Origin: the human T2T-CHM13v2.0 reference genome, Homo sapiens
NCBI RefSeq assembly: GCF_009914755.1
Contig: NC_060947.1
DNA: 64,000 nucleotides
Direction: 5' to 3' (one strand)
The position numbers were made by a program, and so were the translations under genes. The number at the start of each line of letters is the position of its first letter. Position 1 is the stretch's first letter. Below, piece by piece: positions 13,866 to 29,444 of this stretch. Under the pieces are notes generated by a model. The model saw only the letters and a list, made by a program, of their open reading frames with translations. It was not told the DNA's origin and did not search any database.

Positions 13866-15667
13866 AGACTTCCGGTTTCTGGTCTGGCATGTAAGGAACT
13901 TAGAAGTCGCCATTCCAGTAGCCATGCCATTCTAACAACGAGTAAAAAGAATGAACAAACTAATAAATCAACAACTCTTCTTAGATCCGTCAGAGAAGTG
14001 AGGTCACAGAGTAAACCTGGTGCCCCCAAAATTGGAAAGATGGACAAACAGATATAGACAATAATAATTTAATAGAGGAAAATCCGTGAGCAGAAATCTC
14101 CTCAGGAGCCAATGCCTGGGTAGGAAAACCTGAACTGTAATTGATGAATTGTTTGAGATTCACTGTGGACAAGTCTGAGAATTAAAAACTCCAGAAGGAA
14201 CCAGTCATCGGGAACTCCTACACAATGGAATTTACCTAAAAATCAATTACAAAAAAAAAAAAGCAAGAAAATCCAAAAATATTTGGAGATTAGACAACAT
14301 ACTTATAAAAAAGACATTGTTCAAAGGAGAAATCTCAAGATATATTTAAAAGTAGTCTGAACTAAATGAAAACTAAAAATAAAACTTACCAACATTTGTG
14401 AGGTATGGCAAAAGCAGTACTTAGAGGGAAATTGATAGCATTGCATGCCTTTATTAGAAAAGGAGAATAATTAAAATTAATAACCTAGGCTTCCACTTTA
14501 GAAAACTAGAAAAATTTAAATTAAAAACTTCTGCTCTATGAAAGACAGTATCAAAAGAATGAGAAGACAAGCCACAGACTGTGAGAAAATATTTGTAAAA
14601 AAAATCTGACAAAGGATTGTTATCCAAAATATGCAAAGAATCCTTAAAACTCAACAATAAATGAAATTGTTAAACAACCTGATTAAAAAATAGGCAAAAG
14701 GTTTGAACAGACATCTCATTAAAGAAAATATACAAATGGTAAGTAAGTATATGTAAAGATGTTCAATATTATATGTCATTAGGGAAATACAAATTCAAAC
14801 AATGAGACACCACTACACACTTATTAGAATGGCCAAAATCCAGAACACTGACAACACCAAATACTGAAGAGGATGTGAAGCAGCAGGAATTCTTATTCAT
14901 TGCTGGTAGAAATACACAATGGTGCAGTCACTTTGGAAGACAGTTTGGCAGTTTCTTACAAAACTAAACGTCCCCTTACCATACAATCCAGCAATCATGC
15001 TTCTTGCAATTTACCCACGTGAAATGATAACTTATGTCCACAAAAAAACCTATACATGGATGTTTATAGCAGCTTTCTTCGTAATTTCTAGAATTTGGAA
15101 GCAACTAAAATGCCCTTCAGCCGGTAAATTGATAAATAAACTGTGGTACATCTAGACAATAGAATATTACTCAGTGCTAAAAGACGTGAATGATCAAGCC
15201 ATAAAAACACACAGAACAAACTTAAATGCATATTGCTAAGTGAAAGGAGACATTCTGAAAAGACTACATAGCTTATGGTTTCAATTATATGACATTCTGG
15301 AAAAGGCAAAACTACAAAAACAGTAAAAAGATTAGTGATTTCAAGGGTTAGGGAAAAGGGAGAAATGAATGAGTGGCACACAGAGGATTTTTTATATACT
15401 ATAATGGTGGACATTGTCATTATGTCCAAACCCATAGAACATATAACACCAAGAGTGAAACCTAATGTAAACTATGGACTTTGGGTGATACAGATAAGTC
15501 AGTGTAGGTTCATCAGTTGTAACAAATGTACTACTCTAATGAGAACTGCTGATAGGAAGGTTGAACATGCGTGGGGACAGGGTTCTATAGGAATTCTTCG
15601 CACTTTCCAGTCAATTTTGTTTTAAACCTAAAACTGCGCTAAAAAATAAAGTTTATTTTTAAAAAAG
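13866..15667 (+). mobile_element. Internally deleted L1MC-type element: 5' end, short ORF2 piece and complete 3' end
   Basis: L1M 5' start GACTTCCGGTTTCTGG (13867); ORF2 piece from CACAATGGAAT (~14221-14515); L1MC 3' end to CTAAAAAATAAAG; flanks AAAAAGTAACATCCA / AAAAAGTAATACACA. Confidence 0.8.
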
Positions 15668-15699
15668 TAATACACAACTGTGAAGGTAATATTAGATTG

Positions 15700-15820
15700 A
15701 AAAATGATCCCATTTTGCCCAGAACAACCCCATTTATACCTGTTTCTCTGGCAAAATTTTTAATAGTGCCCCTTTTCTCTCTGTGTCCTGGCTGGGACAA
15801 TGAGTTGCATACTTCTCCCC
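15700..15820. mobile_element. MER94-like hAT-Blackjack relic
   Basis: CCCATTTTGCCCAGAACAACCCC...TTAATAGTGCCCCTTTT...GGGACAAT resembles MER94. Confidence 0.55.
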
Positions 15821-17119
15821 CTCCAATATCACGCAGTCTTTTCATGGCACAATCTCATTTGTGCTGTAACAGTGTTTCTGAAACATCTTGCTTAAAAATT
15901 TAAAAGTTCAGATCCCTTCCTTGGATATTCTGGTTTAGTAGGTCTGGGATAAAGCTTGGAAATGTGTACTTTTAACAGCATCCCAGTGGATTTGCATAAC
16001 AGGGCATTAAACCAAAGATGTGATTTAGACAATCTTGAATTTCATGCAAAACTAGCGTATTTCTTTTTTTGTATTAAGATTGGCTCAGGTCATAGAGGGT
16101 TTCTTGCTGCAGTCTATCAACAATTATGAGTATTTTGACAAATTCACATTTTATCTTAATAATTTGGTTTGGGGATGGTTCCCATAAAATTGAACATGTT
16201 TTAGGACCTAAGCATGTGTCATTACTTTAGCAAAGATAACACAGTGAAGGCTCAGAATAACAGTCCATACATCTAGTTTTCTTTTCCCCTTACTGCAAAA
16301 AGACAAGCTGCATTTTCTGAGGTATGTTAACTCTGCTTCCAAGAATATTGAAGAAATGTACACACAAGAAATTGCAGAAAGGAATATAGAGTTCTAAGTG
16401 GGGGTGAAAAATCTGTTACTAATTTGCAGATTTGGAGGTTGCCATCACAACTGCAAATCAAAATTATTGTTTTCTTTTTTAAAACAAATAATTTTGCTTG
16501 TTATATTTTTGAATATATTCTTATTCATTGCTGGTAGGAATGCAAAATGGTATAAATGGGAATAAAAGACTATAGGTTTTATATCTGAGCAAACCAATTC
16601 CTTCAATTCTCTCAAGCTTCTGACAGGACCTAGGTACCTTACCCTATTTTGTGACTCCAAACGCAAATGCAAAGCAAAGCTAAACCGTTGGAATACAAAC
16701 CCTTTCATGGATTTGTGTGCAAAAGCCTTTGTCTGGAGGTGTCTCTGTTAAAAAGCATACACTATATAAAGACATCTCTTTTTCATGTCTACTCCTCTGG
16801 TGGCCAAGCTGAAACAAAGATCACATTTCAAACATGCCATGCTAGCTATGACATGCTGAGAACTGTGCACAATTTCATCATTTCCATCCTTTTAACTTAA
16901 TTCAAAAATGCAAAGAATATAGATCAAAAGCTTTGCATTCTGTTTTAAATTATATCTTTGTTACCTAAATTGTTATTTTGACATGTTTAGTACTATTTCC
17001 TGTCCAGTAGAAAAAAAAAAAAAACTATTTGCCAAAAATTCTACATAATTGTTCTCTGTTATGCAATTTGAATTCAAAGAATAGATAAACCTGGTTAGTA
17101 ACAGATGCTGCTGCAGTGG

Positions 17120-17134
17120 TTGGCATTTGGCCAA
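17120..17134. promoter_or_regulatory. Perfect NFI consensus site TTGGC(N5)GCCAA overlapping a CCAAT box
   Basis: TTGGC-ATTTG-GCCAA(T) in apparently non-repetitive DNA; motif match only. Confidence 0.35.
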
Positions 17135-18153
17135 TGCAAAGCAACCTTGAACATATTCACATGACCAAGTGAGAACTCTATAAAAATTCTGTGCACCTTT
17201 TCTATCTAATTACTCTATTATGTTTCAAGTAATCACAATGATGTGTATTTTCTTTTGAGCAGGAGAGAAAATTGAATATGCCTTGTTAGAGTAAAGAAAG
17301 GAAACTAACAACCACCATACTAGGAAAAAAACTGTTAAAGTATGAACAATCTTTATAAATGTTCAATAATTTTTCATATCTTGCTTATAAACAAGCAAGT
17401 TTATTGTATTCTCTATAAATTATCAAAATATAATGTTATTCTCCAGTTGAATTTGAAAGTGTATATTCCTGAAAGGAAAGACAGTTTTTAAATAGAGAAA
17501 ACTAGAATTATTTGATGGAGTACTACTGCTACCGGGTGTGTGTGTTTGCCTGCATATGCATATGAGGGAAGTAAGGGGGAATAATATTAGCCTCTAAGTC
17601 ATTTCTTAAAAATTATACCCCATTTAATTATCAAAAAAATTCAAAATCTTAAATCAAGTTGCTAATTAGAACTGTGAAATTTGGGGCTTAAGTATTATAT
17701 AATTTGTTTTTGGTATTAAAAAAGCACGTGGTAAGATTTAATTTGGTAAATTAGATAGCTTTTAATATAAGTAAAGGTTTTCAACGACCCAAATGCAAAT
17801 ATGTGGCCAGTAATAGAAGCATTTATTTTAGGCCTTTGTCTTATAATTTTAAAAATCTAAATGTTATATATTTTAAGAATGAATTGGCAATGGAAAATAT
17901 CAGAAATAAAATTATCTACGGTTGACCAGTCTAAAAATGACTTAGCATTAATGCTAAAAACTAGACACTGCACACAAGTAGTTAAATATGGCCTGAAATA
18001 TGTTTTGTTTGTTCTATGAAGTATTAAAATTCTCTTAAAATTAACGACAAATTAATCAAGAAATCTTACATTAAAATCCTGATCTTCAGCAATTGCTCTG
18101 GGAGGCTCCATATCGCTATAAAAGCTGTATTTTTTATCTCTTTTAGATATTAG

Positions 18154-20238
<2,085 letters not shown>

Positions 20239-20248
20239 GATTTTCCAA

Positions 20249-20658
20249 GTACCCAGTTTTTTAATGAAACACTAACGTAGGTGTTTCTGTGAAGGTATTT
20301 TGTAGATGTGATAAATATCTACAACCAGTTGACTTTAAGTAAAAGAGATGACCTCAATAATATGAGTTGGTCTAATCCAATCCATTGTAGGTCTTCAGAG
20401 CAAAAACTGAGGTTCCCTGGAGAAAAAGATATTTTGCCTGAAGACTAGCCCATCAACTCTTGCCTGAGTCTCCAGCCTGCCCACCTGCCTTATGGATTTC
20501 AGACTTGCCAGTCCCACAATGGTGTTAGCCAGTTCCTTAAAAAAATGTAAAATGTTTCTCTTTTTCTGTGTGTGTGTGTGTGTGTGCGCGCATGCATGCA
20601 CGCGTGTGTCTGTATTCTCCTACTGGTTCTATTTCTCTGGAGAATGCTGACTGATATA
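20249..20658 (+). mobile_element. MLT2 (MLT2D-like) ERVL LTR, missing roughly the first 40 bp
   Basis: CTGTGAAGGTATTTTGTAGATGTG...TTGACTTTAAGTAAA; ends CCTACTGGTTCTATTTCTCTGGAGAATGCTGACTGATATA. Confidence 0.85.
20567..20609. repeat. (TG)n/(CG)n alternating purine-pyrimidine microsatellite
   Basis: TGTGTG...GTGCGCGCATGCATGCACGCGTGTGT at the usual microsatellite position of MLT2. Confidence 0.9.
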
Positions 20659-21204
20659 GTTATATAATATAATAATAATTTTAAGCAAAAATTATTTTAG
20701 ATAGCTATGTTAAATATTGCATTATAAAGTTTATTTTAAATACATTCTATTGTGTACCTTAGTTATTCATAAAATATAGGCCTTTATTTTTACCACTTGA
20801 AATGCTATTTAATTTTAATCATATGAGAAAAAGTATGATTTTCCGATAAATAAAATGGAACATATAATATTTGAATTTGAGGAATAAATATATATTAAAA
20901 TGTAAATTGAAATGTAACTATGTGTTATAGAATCAAAACAGATAAAAAAGTTTTCATAAAATCACATTCAGTTTTTATGTGTTTTGTTTATAGAAATCAA
21001 AGTTTGCTTTTTTATAATTATTCCCCAAACATTATAATATTCAATGGTTTCCATTTGTAAGCACTATTCTCTAAAAGATATATTGTTACTCTATATGATA
21101 TTTATTCAAAATAAATAAGAGAAAGTGGATATATTTGTCCCTAAATTTTATACATTGTTTTTTGAAGTACTTGTGATACCCTCAGCAGCTACATAAAATT
21201 CTTA

Positions 21205-21430
21205 AAAAGTTTTATTAAGATATAATTTGCATACCATAAAATTTAACTGCTGTAATTGTTAAATTCAATTATTTTTAATTGTGCAACGTATATAATTGTG
21301 CGATCTCATCACAATTCCATTTTGGAGCACTTTTATCATCCCAAAAAGTTTTCTCATGTCCATTTGCAGTCACTCCTCACTCCCATCCCCAGCCCCAAAT
21401 AGCCACTAGTCTTGTTTTTGTCTCTATAGA
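21205..21430 (-). mobile_element. L1MB-type 3' end fragment
   Basis: TTTATTAAGATATAATTTGCATACCATAAAATT...CCATTTGCAGTCACTCC...TGTCTCTATAGA. Confidence 0.75.
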
Positions 21431-21904
21431 ATGTAAACTTTAATTTTAGCAACTTCTCTATGGAGCTGAGATCATATTGAGGCAAATATATAGAATTATA
21501 TTTATACCTTTTATTGACTCATTCATTTATTCAACAAATATATACTGAGCACCTATTAGATGGCTTATACACTGATATACTTTATATGTATCATGATACA
21601 AACAGTTGAAAGAAGCATGAGTTGAAACTAAAAATTCCATGAGGCAGGGGAACAAAGTAGATAAGCTCCTTGTCTTATGGAATTTTTATCATGAGTAAAA
21701 ATTAAATGATACATAGCTGAGAGTATAAGCAATATAAATTAGTAAAGTAGTCAAAATCGCCAAAGCATTGTCTAAACTCAGTGACTGAATCATACTCATG
21801 CTCATCAGATATCTACCAACTCTTACATTTATGAACACAATATGCCATCAGATGTTCTTAAATTATACCATTTTATGAAGAATAATTAAATAATTTCTTT
21901 TAAA

Positions 21905-22033
21905 AAAAACTTTTTTGTAGAGATAGGGTCTCACTTTATCGCCCAGCTGATCTTGAACTCCTGTCCTCAAGCAATCTTCCCACCTCAGCCTCCCAAAGCA
22001 CTGGGATTTTAGGAGTGAGCCACCATACCCAGC
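21905..22033 (-). mobile_element. FLAM / Alu left monomer
   Basis: GTAGAGATAGGGTCTCAC...CTCAGCCTCCCAAAGCACTGGGATT...GAGCCACCATACCCAGC. Confidence 0.85.
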
Positions 22034-22184
22034 AAATATTTTTTAATTTTTGATTTAAAAAACAGAAAAGGCAACATAGACTCAATTACTTAATGACTGC
22101 TGTACATAAATCTCTGTAGCACTTCTAACTTTAAGGTTTTGACCCTTAACAGTGTATTTGTTAGTCCTGTTACTCATGTTAAAC

Positions 22185-23460
22185 ATCATTCGTTCATTGA
22201 TTAATTCAACAGACATTCTTTTTGCTTTTGCTAAATACCAGGCACTATTCTGGATGCTGGGAAATTATCAGCGAACATAAACACAGAGTTTCTGCTACTC
22301 TGGAGTTTACACTCTAGTGGGAGAGACAGACAATAACAAACTAGAATAAAAAAAATACATGAAGAGAAAAATAAAGCAGGATAAGTGAATAGATAGTGAT
22401 GGGAGATGAGAAGGTGGCTTATTTAAGTAGGATGGTCAGGAAAATTATTTGTGAGAAGGTAACATTGGAGCAAAATCTGAATGAAATGGGGGTGTCTGAA
22501 GGAAGAACAATCTAGGAAAAAGATTTTCTACAAAGTCCCTGAAGCAAGAACTTGCCTGACCAGTTTGAGGGACAGCAGGAGGCCAATGAGTCTGACACTG
22601 AGTGAGAGAGGAAGAGAATATTAGATATGAGATAAGAAAGGAAGCCAGGGACTAGCTCTTGAGTCCCTTGTATACCATGCCAAGAAACTGGGTTTTATTC
22701 TGAGTGACATGAGAAACCACTGAAGTGTTTGGAGGAGGAGAGTGACATGATCTAATTTACATGTTAAAAGGTTCACTCTGTTGTGTAGAGAACTGTTGTA
22801 TAGAATTGCTCTAGAGGAGGGAGCAAGGGTGGAAGCTAGGAGACTAGTTGAAAATATATTGCTTGGACGATGACTTCAGGTTGGGGTAGTAGTAGCGGCG
22901 GTGGTAAGAAATGGCTGGATTCTGGATAATCTGTATTTTGAAAATAAAGCCAACAGGATTTGCTGATATATAAGACTGGAGTTGTAATTGAAAATCAGAT
23001 TAACACCCAACATTTCATCCTAAGCAACAAAAAGGATGGAGTTGCCATTAACTGAGATGAAGAAATCTGTGGGGCAAGTTGGTTACGGGGTGTTAAGAGT
23101 CAATAGTTCAGTTGAGGATGTTTAGTTTGAGGTGTCTGCTACATATCTAAGTGAAGATCTTGAGCAGGCTATTAGATTGAGTCTGGAGTTCATAGTAAAG
23201 GTTAAGGCTGGAGTTTTAAGACTTGTCTATGTAGAGATGGTATTTTAAAGCCATCAGCCTGAATGAGTTCACTCAAGACACGAACGTAAGTAGAAGAAAA
23301 GATAGAGGTCTTGGGATTTAGACTTGGATAACTACAATGTGTAGAAGTCTGGGAGATGACAAAGATCCAACCAAGGTGATTAAGCAAGAACAGCCAGAAA
23401 AGTTGATAAAGAATAAAGAATGGTATTCCTGAAGCCAAGTGAGGATAATACATCTCAACA
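22185..23460 (-). mobile_element. LINE-2 3' portion
   Basis: CATTCGTTCATTGATTAATTCAACA tail followed by typical L2 motifs (AGTGACATGATCTAATTTACA, GATGGAGTTGCCATTAACTGAGATG). Confidence 0.8.
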
Positions 23461-23742
23461 TATGATTGCTATTACAGAAGAGAGACAATGAATGAAAATA
23501 ACTGTCAAAAATAGTTACTAATATTTTTCGAAATGGACATTTCTCAGGATTTATCACCTGGTGAGAGCAAATTAGATCAAGATAACATTAGTGCATACAT
23601 TTTATTAGCTCGCTACTTTTATTTTCTGATGTTAGCCCCTTATGTAGCCCCCTACAGATGTGAATAGCACAGGCTGTGCTGTATTCAAAAACCTTGTTTC
23701 CCTTTGGAAATTATTTGTATATTAGTAAGTTATATATTTATT

Positions 23743-23745
<3 letters not shown>

Positions 23746-23773
<28 letters not shown>

Positions 23774-24646
23774 TGGGAGATGGAGTCTCACTATGTTCCC
23801 CGGGCTGAAGTGCAGTGGCTATTGAAACCACCATTGCAAAATTATAACCGAGACAGCAAAAGAGATCTGACCTAACAAACTCCATCTTGCTTCCAACATC
23901 CAAGCTGTCCTTGTTCATTCCTGGGCATAGGCTTAACTAACTTTGGGAGGAACTTAGTTTATAGTTTCTAGTTTGAAACAAAAATAACAACCCATTACCA
24001 AAACAAAACCCCTTCCTGCCTGGGGATTAGACTTCCTTTGCAAGACTAACAAATTAGCCACAAGATTAGAAATTATGGTTTGCAGCTGGAGGCTGCAAGA
24101 GTCTAAATCTCCCCAAATTGCTCCTGATAACATCATTATTGTAAAACCTAAGATTAGTGCTTAAGGTATTTTGCAGACCCTGCACTCGATGGGTCAGCTG
24201 GCGCCACCCAGATGGATAAACTGGCTCATCTGGTCTTGTGGCCCCCACCGAGGAACTGACTTAGCACAAGAGGACATCTTCAACTTTCTACGATTGCATC
24301 ACCGACCCAACCAATCAGAACTACTGACTCACTGGCTCCCTAACCACCAAATTGTCCTTAAAAACTCTGATCCCTGAATGTTCGGGGAGACTTACTTCAA
24401 TAATAATAAAACTCCAGTCTCCTGCACAGTGGGCTGTGTGTGAATTACTGTTTCTCTATTGCATTTCCCTTGTCTTGATAAATTGGCTCTGTCCAGGCAG
24501 CAGGCAAGGTTAACCCACTGAGCGGTTACACTATTCACAAGCATGATCATAACACACTAAAAACCTTGAACTCATGGGGCTAAGCAATACTCCTTCCTCA
24601 GCCTCCTGAGTAGCTGAGACTCTAGGTGCATGCCACAACACATGGC
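23746..24646 (-). mobile_element. FAM (fossil Alu monomer) split by an LTR insertion
   Basis: Poly(T), then GTGCAGTGGCTAT|LTR|CTATTCACAAGCATGATCATA; the GGCTATTCACA segment is diagnostic of 7SL/FAM and absent from dimeric Alu. Confidence 0.85.
23823..24530 (+). mobile_element. Solo LTR8-type ERV1 LTR
   Basis: TGAAACCACCATTGCAAAATTATAAC...GCGGTTACA; exact 4-bp TSD CTAT (23819-23822, 24531-24534). Confidence 0.9.
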
Positions 24647-24685
24647 TTCTATTTCTTTATTAAAGGTCAATTCTCTTATGAAATT

Positions 24686-24980
<295 letters not shown>

Positions 24981-25229
24981 TTTCATTCTTTTTTCTAAAT
25001 AGACTTCTGTTTGGTCCATGCTTAGGCTTGCTTGACATGCCCAAATATTTTTGAACTGCAGCAGTGGATGCAGCAGGACTTATTTTTCAGATGATTCCTC
25101 AGCAAATAGACTTCAGTTGAGCCTTTATCAGTTTGTCAGAACATGTCCAAACATATTTGAACTGCTAGCTGTTTCTGGCTATACACCAACCACAATCTGG
25201 ATTACATTTTATGTAAGGGTATGTACAAA

Positions 25230-26600
25230 ATACAATAGAAAAAGTGCTGTAAGAAAGCAGAGAGGACAGAGGAACTAATTTTTCCTGGGAGTAATTGGGA
25301 GAGCTGGAAAGTCAAGCAATAGGAAAGTTTTTATGTAAAAGCTCTGACCTTGAAGTAGACCTTCAAGGATATGTGTGATTTTGGCAAATGATGAAATCAG
25401 GCAAAGCACTGTAGGTATAAGATACATGAACAAAATCATGGAAGTATAAAAATAAATATGCTCAAGAATAAGCAGATAGACTTATTCCTGGAGTACAGAG
25501 TTCACCAATGTGATGAAAATAGAAAAATGTACCTAGTCAGATTGTGAAGTTTTTTGCATTGTGCTAAGAAGTTCAAGTTTTATTCAAAAGGTAATGAGAG
25601 CACTGAAGTTTATTTTTTAAAATGAAGGTTTTTCAGCTGGATAGTTGCATTATTTATTGAATCTCTATTTTAAGAAAAATAACTGGTTACTGTGTAGATA
25701 ATGGAAAGATGAGAACTATTAAAATAGTTAAGAGAAAATGAAGAACAAAAGTAAGGGAGTATAGCATTGGGATGGCGAAGGGCTAAATGTGATCAAGACT
25801 TCTTAGACATAAAATTGACAAGATATCTGACTAATTGTATATAGTTAGTGAAATAAAATTGATCCTGGGGTTCCAATGTTGAGAACTGTGTAGATGGTGG
25901 GGCTACAGGAAATAAAAAAGTAGATACAGATATGTAGAAAGAGATAGTGAGTTAAATTTTGAACTAGTTGTATTTAAAGTATGTATACTATCTTCAACTA
26001 CTGGTCTTTAAAAGATAACTGGAAATATGGGCCTGGAACTCAGAAATGAGGCAAAACCTACATATGTAGATGTGAGAATTATCAACATAAATATTAGTTG
26101 AAGTCATGAGCATAACTGGGTTACCTGGGGAGAAAGAAGATAATGAATATTTGTTAATTCATTACACATATTTCTAACAAAGAGGTACTACGCTCTAAGG
26201 ATTGTGATAGGAACTGAGAATATTATAAAAAAGAGACAATTTCTTTTTTATTAATGTGAAGCTTTATTACAATCATGTGAGGACATAATTGTCAAAAAAC
26301 AAAGTACCTAATAAGTGAATTACATATTTGGTAATTGCCTGTGAAGGAAGTGTACATGGTGCTAAAAAAATATCTTATAGCAGAAGGACCCAAAATAATT
26401 TTCAGGGATCAAGAAAAGATTCCTGAAGAAATACGTTTTGCGATTTGGAGGATGAATAGAAGTTAAGCAAGCAAAAGCAAATAGGCATTAGAGGGAGAAT
26501 TCTAGGCAGAAAAAAAGTTTCTGCAAAGTCCCAGAAAGCAGAAGCAATGTAGAACTTAGCAGAACTGAAAGCAGGCCAGTGTGCTTACAGCACACAGAGG
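25230..26600 (-). mobile_element. Highly decayed LINE-2 fragments
   Basis: Purine-rich L2-like motifs (GAGATAGTGAGTTAAATTTTGAAC, GGAAATATGGGCCTGGAACTCAG); boundaries approximate. Confidence 0.55.
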
Positions 26601-27939
26601 AGCATGTTTATTTTCCGAAATATGATGAATTCAATAAAGGGAAAACCTCATCCTACAAAATATCTAATAATTCTGAATAAAATATAGCAAACATCCTTTT
26701 ATAAGCATATCAGGACTTGCAGTAAATTCTTGGGAGCTTATCAATCTATGATTTGTTAAAAATTATAAACATGATTCTCATATAAATGTGAAGTTAGGAT
26801 GTGTTAAAGATTTATTTAATTCATTAATAAGAGAATGAGCAGAATGGTAGAGCTTGGTCAAAGAATGAGAGGAATAGGGGTTTTATAGTCCTATCACCTA
26901 ATTTTTAAGTCTTTGATATATTTTTTTCTTGACAGGCCCCAAACAAATATGAACCTCAAAGCAGGAGTCATAAACATAAATTCCATGATAACAAGTACTT
27001 TGTTTTATTTTCTGCTCTATATCTAGTGCCTCTAATAGTGGTTGGCATAGTAGACATTTAATAAATATTTGCTGAATAAATGAATAAATTTATATTTTAG
27101 TTTATCTGAGCATATTTGCTGTTTTTCATAAATGGAACTTAAAGCTTAATGGCCACATAGGAACAGGGGGCTAGGGCTTGGGCCTGTGAGAAGTAGGAAT
27201 TTAAAACTGAGACTCTTTTAAAAAGCCAAAATACTTTATGGTCTATACCCAAAGAATAAAGACAGACTAGAAAAAATAAAGCTACCAGCAAGGATGGTCT
27301 GTTTATATTGTCCTGGGCTCTAGATTACAAAAATGTTTTTCCCCTGAAAATTCATTACTACAGATCTTCCCTCACATGAATTTTATACTACTTTCATATT
27401 CTAGGAACACCAAAGTCAATAAATTGACATAATAAATGATCTTATTCTGGTGACATTTCTAAAGAACCAGTCAGAAGCAAACACAAATACCAAATGTCTC
27501 CAGAAGGATATACCCTTATCCCAAGATTGCCACAATAAAAACCCCACCAAACACAAACTCATAATCAAAAATTACAAAGCATACCAATACACAAACTGCC
27601 ATGAGCAAAAGTTGACAGAAATAATAGTAATAAACAGCAGACCTAAAGAAATAATTCATAACACTACTTTAAAAAGCAGAGATCAATAATAGAAAAGGTT
27701 CAGGATAGATTGAGAACACTCAATGTATGTTTAATAATAATGCTAGCAGGAAAGAGTAATGGGTATGGGAAGAGGAATATTCAAAGCAATAATGTTAAAA
27801 ACTTTTACGCAAGTGATGGAAGACATAAATCCTCATATTCAAGAAATACAATGAAAGCAAAGGAAATAAGGGTTTGAGATGAAACCAGAGATTCAAAAGG
27901 AGTAAACTCTACTGAAAATAAATAAATAAAAGAAACAAG

Positions 27940-28700
27940 AGAGTGAGACAAAGCCCAGATCATAGAAAGCTTTTCTAGCTATTTTTAAAAGTTTGGCTTA
28001 CATCAGCAAGTGAGAAACCACTCATTTAAAAGGAGTCTTAAGTGGAGAAGGTGATCCAATTTTACTTGAAAAATAACCATTTGACAATTATATAAAAATG
28101 GATTGTAAAAGGGCAAGACTAGGTACAGGGAAACCAGTTAGGAAGTGACTATGGGGAGAAATTATGGTGGACTGAACTTGGATGGTAATGGTGAAAACAG
28201 AGATAAATGGACATTTAGGGAATATAATTAGCAGGATTTGATGGTGGAGTGCATGTAAAAGTGAAGAAGATAAACGAATCAAGAATGACTTCCAATTTTC
28301 TAGCTTGCAAAGCTAGATAAGCAGTGATAACATTTTTTGAGTTGGAGAATATTGTATGGAGATTATGTTTATGGAAGTAGGATGGAGATTATGAGTTTAA
28401 TTTTCAACAAGAGGAGTTTGAGGCGCCTTTGAGACATAAAGGAGCAAAACCATGGGATTGCTATAAGAAAAGAGTGGGTTGAAAAATAGAAGGCAGTAAA
28501 GATGACAAAGAAGGAAAAATCAAAGAGGATGGAGGAAAATGAGTAGAACTTGGTGACATGAAACACAAGGGAAGAAAGATACAAGAGAGTTTCAAATACT
28601 ATATGAAAGCAAAGAAGCATACACACTGCAAAGATTGCAGTGGAATTAGCAAGTAGCAAGTCATTGATTATCTCAATGAGGACCACTTGCTCCCATTTAT
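27940..28700 (-). mobile_element. Decayed LINE-2 fragment
   Basis: GAATCAAGAATGACTTCCAATTTTCTAGCTTG and GCAAGTCATTGATTATCT are L2-like; boundaries approximate. Confidence 0.6.
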
Positions 28701-29344
28701 AATAAAACCTCATCAGCATGAATAAAAAGAGGAGGGTTACTTTCAAGTGAAATACCACTGTGGTGATATCATTTTAATAAATGTCATGGGTCTTAATTTA
28801 CGCTGGGAACAATACAAACATTGCCATGTTTTAAACATTAATACTAACAGCAAAAACCTTGAATACCACCAGTGGTTACTAGAGCAGTTGACAAAAACAA
28901 AACAAAAAATCTCAATAAACAACAAAAAGCCGTTCTGCTGGAAATCGGACTGTTAGATAAATTATTAGATTGCATACGTAGGGATTAAAAATGATCACAA
29001 GACAAGTAAACAGGGAAGTAGAGAAAAATACCTTAAGAAGCTACTTATAATAAGACCCAAGTTAAAGAAAAGTGACTTCACTTTGAAATGATGAGAAAGC
29101 TATAGCAAATGTACAAAACAAGGTAGAGACTAGCTTACATTCTATTAGTTCATTAACAAATACTTACTAGATGCCTACTGAGTAAGGCATGAAGGAAATA
29201 GAGTAGAATGTGCTTGGGTGGATATGGGAGGGAAGTGGAAATAGGTTAGGGATCACAGATGTTACATGTCATATTTGGTCATTAAAAAAAAAGCTGACAG
29301 ATAATGGTTTGTGTTTTAGAATCTGTCAAATGAGATATTAAGTG

Positions 29345-29444
29345 TGTTAAAATGATCTTGCCCAAGCAACATCATCAAAAGATCTTAACATCAAAATGAC
29401 TGTGTTAAAATGATTACCTCAAACTGGCCGCATCAAATTTTTTC
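29345..29444. repeat. Degenerate ~14-bp tandem array (7 units)
   Basis: TGTTAAAATGATCT/TGCCCAAGCAACAT/CATCAAAAGATCTTAA/CATCAAAATGACTG/TGTTAAAATGATTA/CCTCAAACTGGCCG/CATCAAATTTTTTC. Confidence 0.55.
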
